DNA from: Candidatus Methylomirabilia bacterium
Lineage (GTDB): Bacteria > Methylomirabilota > Methylomirabilia > Rokubacteriales > CSP1-6
DNA length: 12,088 bases
NCBI GenBank assembly: GCA_041492755.1
Contig: JBGPXN010000142.1
Coordinates: 1-12,088, forward strand
Reading direction: 5' to 3'
Notes under the pieces: model-generated
Databases searched by the model: none
What the model saw: only the letters and a program-made list of their open reading frames with translations
What the model was told of the DNA's origin: nothing
Part shown: piece after piece, positions 5,589 through 12,088 of the stretch
Layout of the letters: every line of letters starts with the position of its first letter
Position numbering within the stretch: position 1 is the stretch's first letter
Program-made: the position numbers and the translations under genes

Positions 5589-7970
5589 TCAGCCGCGCGA
5601 GGGCGGAGCCGAGCGCGCGTGCTCGATGGCCGCGCGAACCCGCGCGGGTGTGGCCGGCATGTCGAGATGGTCGACGCCGAGCGGACGCAGGGCGTCCAGG
5701 ATCGCGTTCATCACCGCCGGCGGCGCGCCGACGGTGCCGACTTCGCCCACGCCCTTCACGCCCAGCGGGTTGGTGCGGCAGGGCAGCTCGTCGAAGCCGA
5801 CGGTGAACTCGGGATGATCGTCCGCGCGCGGCATGCAGTAGTCGCCGAAGGTCGCCGACAGGAGCTGGCCCGAGTCGCGGTCGTAGACGACGTGCTCGAA
5901 CAGCGCCTGGCCGATCCCCTGCGCGAGCCCGCCGTGGATCTGGCCCTCGCAAATGAGGGGATTGATCACGCGGCCGACGTCGTCCACCGCCGTGTAGCGG
6001 TCGATCGTCACCTTTCCGGTGTCCGCATCGATCTCGACCTCGCACACGTGGCAACCGTACGGGAAGTTCGGCGGGTCGGCCGCGTAGCTGCCGCTGGCGT
6101 CCAACCCGAGCCCGAATTCCGTGGGGATTCCGGCCTTGGCGAACGAGGCGGCCGCCACCTGGCTGAACCCCATCGAGCGATCCGTCCCGACGACCTGGAA
6201 CTTGCCGTCCTTGAACTGGACGTCGGGCGGCGCCGCCTCCATGAGGTGCGCGGCCAGCGCGCGCCCCTTCTCGATGAGCGCGTCGGCGGCCGCCTTGAGC
6301 GCGCCGCCGCCGACCATGGAGCTGCGCGCGGCGTAGGTGCCGCGGCCGAAGGGCACCTGGTCGGTGTCGCCCTGTACGAAACGGATGCTCTCGAACGGCA
6401 CGCCCAGCCACTCCGACACCATCTGCGCGTACGTGGTGGCGTGACCCTGGCCGTGCGAGAACGTGCCGGCCACGATGGTGACCATGCCGGTCGGATCGCA
6501 GCGCAGCTCCATGCGGTCGTTGAAGACGCCGCACACTTCCATGTAGTAGACGAGCCCGGCGCCCCGCCGTCGGCCCTTGCGCTCGCTCGCCGCGCGCCGC
6601 GTCGCGAAGCCCTTCCAGTCCGCGAGGTCGAGGCCGCGGTCCAGCGTCCGCGCGAAATCGCCGCTGTCGTACACGAAGCCGGTCGGCGTCGTGTACGGCA
6701 TCGCGCTCGCCGGAATGAAATTGCGGCGGCGGATCTCCACCGGATCGATGCCGGTGACGGCGGCCGCCCGATCGAGGAGCCGCTCGGTCAGGTACACGGC
6801 CTCCGGACGGCCGGCGCCACGGTACGGCGCGGTCGGCGACGTGTTCGTGAACACCGCCCGCGTGGTGAGGAAGACGGCGGGCACCGCGTAGGTGCTGGGG
6901 ACGAGGCGGATCGAGAACACGAGCGGCGCCACCGCGGCGCCGGCGACGTACGCGCCGAACGCGTGCAGCCCGCGCGCGCGGATAGCCAGGATCTTTCCGT
7001 GCTCGTCGAGCGCCATCTCGCCGTAGACGACCTGGTCGCGGCCGTGCGAATCGCCGAGCATCGCCTCCGCGCGCGTAGAGATCCACTTCACCGGCCGCCC
7101 GCAGCGGTGTGACGCCACCAGCACCAGCGCGTCCTCCGGATACACGTCGCCCTTCATGCCGAAGCCGCCGCCGACGTCGAGCGCGACCACGCGGAACTTC
7201 GTCTCGGGCAGGCGGAACACCGCCTGGGCCAGCACCGAGCGGATGCCGTGCGGATTCTGCGTGCTGGTGTAGAGCGTGTAGCTCTCGTTGCCGGCGTCGT
7301 AGTCGCCGAGGCAGCCGCGCGGCTCCAGCGAGTTGGCGGCCACCCGGTTGTTGGTCAGGCGCAGCGAGACGACGTGCCGGGCGCGCGCGAACGCGGCCTC
7401 GGTCGCGTCCTTGTTGCCCATCATCAGCCCGACGGCGACGTTGCCGGGATTCTCGTCCCAGATCGCCGGTGCGCCGGCCTTCACGGCGTCCTCGACGTCG
7501 ATGACGGCCGGCCGCGGCTCGTAGTCGACCTCGACCAGCTCGGCCGCGTCGCGCGCCTGGGCCACCGTCTCGGCCACGACGAACGCGACGCGATCGCCGA
7601 CGTGGCGCACGCGATCGAACGCCAGGATTGGCCGATACGTGCGATAGCCCTTGGGCCCGCCGACGTCCTCGGGCATGAACAGCGGCGGGACCCCGCCCAG
7701 TCCGGCCGCGCTGATATCGGCGCCGGTCAGCACGCACAGGACGCCGGCGGCGGCGCGAGCCTTCGCGACGTCGATGCGCCGGATATTCGCGTGCGCGTGC
7801 GGCGACATGACCACCACGCCGTGCGCCTGGCGCGGCAGCGTGACGTCGTCCACGTACCGCCCGCGGCCGGTGAGGAAGCGCCGATCCTCGACGCGCCGGA
7901 CCGGCTGCCCGATGCCGAAGCGATTCGGCGTCACTCCACGCCCGTCGGTCACGCCCCGCCGCTCCGTCAC
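5589..7970 (-). CDS. Xanthine dehydrogenase family molybdopterin-binding large subunit (CoxL/CutL form II-like)
   Basis: IGQPVRRVEDRRFLTGRGRYVDD, VGGGFGMKG, active-site loop PYRGAGRPE (PYRGAGR at 6827-6807), SHGQGHATT, EGQIHGGLAQGIGQAL, and KGVGE with the catalytic Glu. Start is ambiguous among GTG 7970, 7952 and 7934. Confidence 0.93.
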   Translation of the reverse strand: MTERRGVTDGRGVTPNRFGIGQPVRRVEDRRFLTGRGRYVDDVTLPRQAHGVVVMSPHAHANIRRIDVAKARAAAGVLCVLTGADISAAGLGGVPPLFMPEDVGGPKGYRTYRPILAFDRVRHVGDRVAFVVAETVAQARDAAELVEVDYEPRPAVIDVEDAVKAGAPAIWDENPGNVAVGLMMGNKDATEAAFARARHVVSLRLTNNRVAANSLEPRGCLGDYDAGNESYTLYTSTQNPHGIRSVLAQAVFRLPETKFRVVALDVGGGFGMKGDVYPEDALVLVASHRCGRPVKWISTRAEAMLGDSHGRDQVVYGEMALDEHGKILAIRARGLHAFGAYVAGAAVAPLVFSIRLVPSTYAVPAVFLTTRAVFTNTSPTAPYRGAGRPEAVYLTERLLDRAAAVTGIDPVEIRRRNFIPASAMPYTTPTGFVYDSGDFARTLDRGLDLADWKGFATRRAASERKGRRRGAGLVYYMEVCGVFNDRMELRCDPTGMVTIVAGTFSHGQGHATTYAQMVSEWLGVPFESIRFVQGDTDQVPFGRGTYAARSSMVGGGALKAAADALIEKGRALAAHLMEAAPPDVQFKDGKFQVVGTDRSMGFSQVAAASFAKAGIPTEFGLGLDASGSYAADPPNFPYGCHVCEVEIDADTGKVTIDRYTAVDDVGRVINPLICEGQIHGGLAQGIGQALFEHVVYDRDSGQLLSATFGDYCMPRADDHPEFTVGFDELPCRTNPLGVKGVGEVGTVGAPPAVMNAILDALRPLGVDHLDMPATPARVRAAIEHARSAPPSRG

Positions 7971-8016
7971 ACCGCGCCGCTCCCTGACACTGCGCGCTCC
8001 GTCACACCACGCCGCC
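7929..8016 (-). repeat. Degenerate 17-18-bp tandem repeat (consensus GTGACGGAGCGGCGCGGT) spanning the TPP-gene stop and coxL-like start
   Basis: Units begin at 8005, 7988, 7970, 7952 and 7934 on the minus strand. Confidence 0.75.
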
Positions 8017-9735
8017 CGGGTTGATCGGCTCGAGCGCGACGTCGATCAGCGCGAGGCGGCCCGCGGCGATCGCTTGCAGACCGCGAGTGAACGCGGCACG
8101 GACGTCCGCGGGCTTCTCGACCCGCTCGCCGTGGCCGCCGAACGCGCGCGCGATGGCGGCGTAGTCGGGGCTCGGCGCGATGGACGTCCCGACAAAGGTC
8201 TTGGACTTCACCGCGAAGCCGTCGGGGTAGTGCGCGGGGATGCCGGACTTCTGCGAGAGGTAGCCGGAGTTGTTGAAGAGCACGATCAGGATCGGCAGCC
8301 CGTGCTCCTGACATGCGCCGAGGGCGCCCAGCACCGGATTGTAGTTGAACGCGCCGTCGCCGATCACCGCGATCACCGGACGCTCGGGCGCCGCCGCTTT
8401 CACGCCGAGCGCCGTGCCCAACCCGGTCCCCAACCCTCCATAGCAGCCTTCGAAGAAGCGTCCCGGAGTCAGCCGATCGAGCAGGCGGTGGATCTCGATG
8501 CGATGCGTGATCGTCTCGTCCACCACGATGGCGTCGGTGGGCAGCACCTCGTTGAGCTCGTGCACGACCCAGCGCGTCTCGACGCGCGGCTGGCGGCCCG
8601 ACGCGCGCGCCTCGTCACGCAGAGTCTGACGGCGCTGGTCGTTGCGGACTCGCCAGCGCTCGCTGGCGGCGGCGCGGGACCCGGACGGGACGGCGCGCTC
8701 GACACGCTCGCGCAGCATTGCGAGCGACGGCTCGATCTCGCCGGTGACGACGAGGTCGGAACGATAGCCCCAGAACGGCAAGTGGGGATGGAACGGCTCG
8801 TCGGCCAGGACCACGACTTTCGTGTTGGGGCCGGGCGCGGCCGACGGCGGGTGCCAGGGGGCGACGGAGGCGAGCAGGAACACCAGGTCGGCGTCCTTGA
8901 TATAGCTCACGAGGTCCACCGATCGGCCGAACCCGCCGTGGAGCGGATGCGTCCGCGGAAAGTTCACATAGCCCGGATGCCACCCTTCGACCACGGGCGC
9001 GCCCAGCCGCTCGGCCAGCGCCACCAGATGCTCGACCGCGCGCACGCTGCGCCCGACTTCCTCGGTGACGATGACCGGATTGGCGGCGGCGACGAGAAGA
9101 CGCGTGAGCTCGTCGACCGCGTGCGCGTCGGCGGCCGGCGGGCGCGCGTACGCGGCCGCGGCGGGCGGATCGGTGCTCATCGTCTCGAGCAGGTGCTCCA
9201 TGGGCACCGACACGAACACGGGGCCGGCCGGCGATGCCATCGCGAGCTGGCAGGCGCGCTGGATGGTCGCGGGCAGGATGGCGGGCGTGTTCACGCCGAA
9301 GCTCCACTTCACGCAGGGCTCGACCAGCCGCGCGGGGCCGCCGACGTCGGCGAGCAGGCGGAGCCACTGCTGACCCGGATCGGGTCCGCGCTCCTCGCCG
9401 AAGCCGATCGACTCGCCGGCCAGGACCACCATCGGCGTGCGCTCGTGCAGCGCCGCGCGCAGCGCCATGGTCGCGTGCAGCGCGCCCACCGTCGTGTGGA
9501 TCACCACCGCCGGGAGCTTGCCGGTCGCCTTGGCGTAACCGCTCGCCATGCCCACCGCGACTTCCTCGTGGCGGGTGGATAGGTACACCGGGACCTCGTC
9601 ACTGGCGTACGGCTTGGCCAGATACTCCCAGAGGGGCGCCCACTCCGAGCCGGGCGACGCGAAGATCCGCTCGATCCCCATCCCGCGCAGCAACCGCAAC
9701 AGCGCTTCCGCGCCGCTCAGCCCCTTGGTGTCCAT
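8002..9735 (-). CDS. Thiamine-diphosphate-dependent enzyme (acetolactate synthase large subunit / benzoylformate decarboxylase superfamily), 577 aa
   Basis: Start reassigned to ATG 9735 (MDTKGLSGAEALL) behind a strong SD GAGGAGG. Catalytic Glu in RHEEVAVGMASGYA; GPVFVSVP; TPP-binding motif GDGAFNYN...LFNNSGY. Confidence 0.92.
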   Translation of the reverse strand: MDTKGLSGAEALLRLLRGMGIERIFASPGSEWAPLWEYLAKPYASDEVPVYLSTRHEEVAVGMASGYAKATGKLPAVVIHTTVGALHATMALRAALHERTPMVVLAGESIGFGEERGPDPGQQWLRLLADVGGPARLVEPCVKWSFGVNTPAILPATIQRACQLAMASPAGPVFVSVPMEHLLETMSTDPPAAAAYARPPAADAHAVDELTRLLVAAANPVIVTEEVGRSVRAVEHLVALAERLGAPVVEGWHPGYVNFPRTHPLHGGFGRSVDLVSYIKDADLVFLLASVAPWHPPSAAPGPNTKVVVLADEPFHPHLPFWGYRSDLVVTGEIEPSLAMLRERVERAVPSGSRAAASERWRVRNDQRRQTLRDEARASGRQPRVETRWVVHELNEVLPTDAIVVDETITHRIEIHRLLDRLTPGRFFEGCYGGLGTGLGTALGVKAAAPERPVIAVIGDGAFNYNPVLGALGACQEHGLPILIVLFNNSGYLSQKSGIPAHYPDGFAVKSKTFVGTSIAPSPDYAAIARAFGGHGERVEKPADVRAAFTRGLQAIAAGRLALIDVALEPINPGGVV

Positions 9736-9798
9736 GTGCTTCCTCCTCGAACAGACCAGCCCTGGCAAATCCGCGGCGCCGGTCGAGCGCCCGAGGGG

Positions 9799-9804
9799 AT
9801 TATA
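9799..9804 (-). promoter_or_regulatory. Perfect -10 box TATAAT upstream of the TPP enzyme gene (no good -35)
   Basis: attata on the + strand at 9799-9804, 63 nt upstream of ATG 9735, within a GC-rich intergenic spacer. Confidence 0.5.
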
Positions 9805-9840
9805 CGCGTCCGGTTCGGGTGTCCCGTGCCATCGCGGGCT

Positions 9841-9867
9841 GGCTCCGCCGCCAGCCCGGCGGGAGCC
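9841..9867 (-). terminator. GC-rich hairpin downstream of the PEP-utilizing gene (terminator-like, no U-tract)
   Basis: GGCTCC-GCCG-(ccagcc)-CGGC-g-GGAGCC on the + strand, about 30 nt past the stop. Confidence 0.4.
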
Positions 9868-9897
9868 GACCGCTCGATACCGTCGCGCCGCGGCGGC

Positions 9898-11181
9898 TCA
9901 GCGGAGCCAGCGCACGAGGCCGGTGATGCCGTCGACGGCGACGGTGGCCCCTTCGGGAATCCGTCGCGTCGCCGCGCGCACGCCGAGGACCGCCGGGATG
10001 CCGCGCTCGCGGGCGAGCGCCGCGAGGTGCGACGTGCTGCCGCCGAGCTCGGCCACCACGCCCGCCACGAGTCCAAGCACGGTGCTGATGGCCGGACCGG
10101 CCACGCCCGTCACCAACACGTCCCCCGGCGCCACGTGCTCCAGATCGTGCTCGTGCACGACGATGCGCGCGGGCCCGGTGGCCCAGCCTATGCCGGCGGG
10201 CTGGCCGGTGAGCGCCGGGTGACGGCTCCACACGTCGTCGACGGCGGCACGGGGAGCCACGTGCAGCGGTCGCGCTTGCAGGATCCAGAAGCCGCGCGCG
10301 TCCTTCGCCCACTCGATCTCGACCGCCGCGCCGAGCGCCGTCTCCGTCTCGAGCACGAGCCGCGCCAGCGTCTCCGCCTCGGCGGTGGTCAGGCACGGCG
10401 CCTCCACGCGCTCGCGCGGCACCGGACGCGAGTGCGTGCCGCCGCCGGCCACGGTCATGAGGTGCTCCTTGCGTCCCGGCTCCACCGCCTCCACGGACGC
10501 GTCGCGCCGCATGAGGTAACGGTCCGGCACGACGTCGCCCTGCGCGATCGCCGAGCCGAGGCCCCACGTGCCGGTGAGCACGATCTGCTCGTCCGACGTA
10601 AGGCTGAAGGCGCCGCCGGAGGCCTCTGCGTCGATCATTCTTTGTATGAGGACGGCCATCGCGGACTGCCCGGGATCGACGTCGCAGGCGCGCATGTAGC
10701 GGAGCGCGCGCGGCGACCACAGCGACGTCCAGCACGCGCGGGTCGCGGTCTCGAGGTCGGCGCGCTCGGCGATGCCGAGGTAGCTGTCGAACTGGCCCGC
10801 GAAGGACGCCGCCGCCGTGTTCTCGCAGAGCGCCGAGGAGCGCACGGCGAGCTGCGCGGTGCCGCCGTCCGCGAGATCGCTCCAGACGGCATCGAGCGCG
10901 TACGCGACCTCGGGCAGCAGCGCCACTCGGGTCAACCCGAGTCGCACGGACAGCGCGAGCCGGCGTGTCTGGAAGTCCTCCTCGCCGGCAAGCTGTCGCG
11001 TCGTGTCGTCGAGCCCGGCGAGCGTGATCTGGCGTCGATACGCCTCCGCCGTCAGGCACACCGCGTCGGGGATCCGCAGGCCGGCCCGGTGTAGTCGCGC
11101 CAGCGTCGCCGCCTTCGGGCCGACTCGATCGTCCGCGGCGGCCTCGGTGGCCGTCAGCGGGACGGTGACGTCACGGGACAA
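9898..11181 (-). CDS. PEP synthase/PPDK-type ATP-grasp domain fused directly to a phosphohistidine swivel domain (no acceptor-binding domain), 427 aa
   Basis: VGPKAATLARL, AVRSSA, ASFAGQFDS, MAVLIQRMI, IEWA...ILQARP, then GQPAGIGWATGPAR...GGSTSHLAALARERGIPAVLG...VDGITGLV. TTG start overlaps the upstream gene end, with GAGG 7 nt upstream. Confidence 0.88.
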   Translation of the reverse strand: MSRDVTVPLTATEAAADDRVGPKAATLARLHRAGLRIPDAVCLTAEAYRRQITLAGLDDTTRQLAGEEDFQTRRLALSVRLGLTRVALLPEVAYALDAVWSDLADGGTAQLAVRSSALCENTAAASFAGQFDSYLGIAERADLETATRACWTSLWSPRALRYMRACDVDPGQSAMAVLIQRMIDAEASGGAFSLTSDEQIVLTGTWGLGSAIAQGDVVPDRYLMRRDASVEAVEPGRKEHLMTVAGGGTHSRPVPRERVEAPCLTTAEAETLARLVLETETALGAAVEIEWAKDARGFWILQARPLHVAPRAAVDDVWSRHPALTGQPAGIGWATGPARIVVHEHDLEHVAPGDVLVTGVAGPAISTVLGLVAGVVAELGGSTSHLAALARERGIPAVLGVRAATRRIPEGATVAVDGITGLVRWLR

Positions 11182-12088
11182 TCAGGAGCCTCAGCACGCG
11201 CTCGGGGTCGCGCTCGTACTCGCCGAACGCCGCCGCCGCCTCGCGGAGCGGATAGGACCTCGTGATGAAGCCGTCGAGATCGACGGCGCCAGCCGCGACG
11301 AGCCGGATCGCCGGCTCGAAGTCCGCGGGCACGAGCGCCCGCGAGCCGACGATGGTCAGTTCCTTGAAATACATGGGGAAGGTCGTGAAGTCCGGAATGG
11401 GCAGGTGACTGATCGCGTACATGAGCAGCGTCCCGCCGGGCCGCAGCATGTCGATCGCCGGTCGCACCAGGCGCGGGTCGCCGGCGGTGTCGATGACCAC
11501 GTCAGCGCCGCGCCCGCCGGTCAGCGCCAGCACCTCGGCGGCGATGTCGCGGCCCGCGGGGTCGATCGTCGCGTCGGCGGACATGCGTCGCGCGAAGTCC
11601 CGTTTCCAGGCGCTCCGCGAGATCCCGATGGCGGGACTGGCGCCGGCGAGCTTGGCGAGCCGCGTGTGCATGAGGCCGGTCGCGCCCTGGCCGAGCACGA
11701 CGACCGCGGCGCCGGGATCGATGCGCACGCGCTGCTGCGCGTGGCGAACGGTCGCCAGCGTCTCGATCAGCGTGGCCATCTCGAGGCTGATCGAATCGGG
11801 CACCGGATGCAGATAGCGCTCGGGCAACACCACGTGCTCCGCCAACGAGCCGTCCATCTCACGGCCGAGCAGCCCGGCCCGGCGACACAGGTTCTCGTCG
11901 CCGCGCACACAGCAATCGCACGCCCCGCACGCGATGATCGGATTGATCACGACCCTCGTGCCCGCGGGAATTCGCGTGCCGGCGCCGACCGCCTCCACGA
12001 CGCCGGCCGCCTCGTGGCCCAGCACGACCGGATAGCGGACGTTCGGGTGCTGACCGGCGTAGATCGAGAGATCGGTGTGGCAGACGGC
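11171..12088 (-). CDS. Zn-dependent medium-chain dehydrogenase (sorbitol/idonate/threonine dehydrogenase-like), 5' end outside window
   Basis: Frame is open to the window edge: AVCHTDLSIYAGQHPNVRYPVVLGHE (catalytic C and GHE), structural Zn cluster CGACDCC...C, and Rossmann motif GQGATG. Confidence 0.92.
   Translation of the reverse strand, partial: AVCHTDLSIYAGQHPNVRYPVVLGHEAAGVVEAVGAGTRIPAGTRVVINPIIACGACDCCVRGDENLCRRAGLLGREMDGSLAEHVVLPERYLHPVPDSISLEMATLIETLATVRHAQQRVRIDPGAAVVVLGQGATGLMHTRLAKLAGASPAIGISRSAWKRDFARRMSADATIDPAGRDIAAEVLALTGGRGADVVIDTAGDPRLVRPAIDMLRPGGTLLMYAISHLPIPDFTTFPMYFKELTIVGSRALVPADFEPAIRLVAAGAVDLDGFITRSYPLREAAAAFGEYERDPERVLRLLIVP

Noticed and set aside
4174..7737. 1187-aa ORF as a single giant protein
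   Set aside because: Upstream of 5571 it is an Arg/Gly-rich alternate frame of the coxL-like gene; only 5304-4174 (DUF1207) and the short ligase remnant look coding.
5589..7970. Call as genuine aerobic CO dehydrogenase (coxL form I)
   Set aside because: The active-site loop is PYRGAGR, lacking the Cu-binding Cys, and no coxM/coxS/accessory genes are present.
9736..9768. N-terminal extension MPGLVCSRRKH of the TPP enzyme
   Set aside because: It overlaps the strong SD GAGGAGG serving ATG 9735, where family homology begins.
9818..9832. sigma54 promoter from TGGCACG on the minus strand
   Set aside because: The -24 element matches, but the -12 position reads ACCC rather than TTGC.
9898..11181. 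Call as ppsA or rifampicin phosphotransferase (rph)
   Set aside because: Too short and lacks the pyruvate-binding or rifamycin-binding domain.

Overview
High-GC bacterial window in which every real gene is on the minus strand; the long plus-strand ORFs are antisense shadows. In the direction of transcription (right to left) it holds: a 5'-truncated Zn-dependent MDR dehydrogenase; a minimal PEP-synthase-type ATP-grasp + phospho-His protein; a TPP-dependent enzyme; an orphan CoxL/XDH-family molybdoenzyme large subunit; a chimeric scar joining an acyl-CoA ligase 5' end to a probable solute-binding protein 3' end; a DUF1207-type outer-membrane protein; and a stand-alone MetE C-terminal-domain Zn enzyme. 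After a 390-bp intergenic region with a near-consensus sigma70 promoter and a long, apparently structured leader comes the first 912 codons of a large secreted protein missing from the ORF track. It has IPT/TIG, five PKD-like repeats and a teneurin TTR-like domain, so it is probably a bacterial teneurin-like/RHS protein. Gene content is reminiscent of Rokubacteria/Methylomirabilota-type soil bacteria (inference only). All family calls are by eye from motifs; no searches were run.
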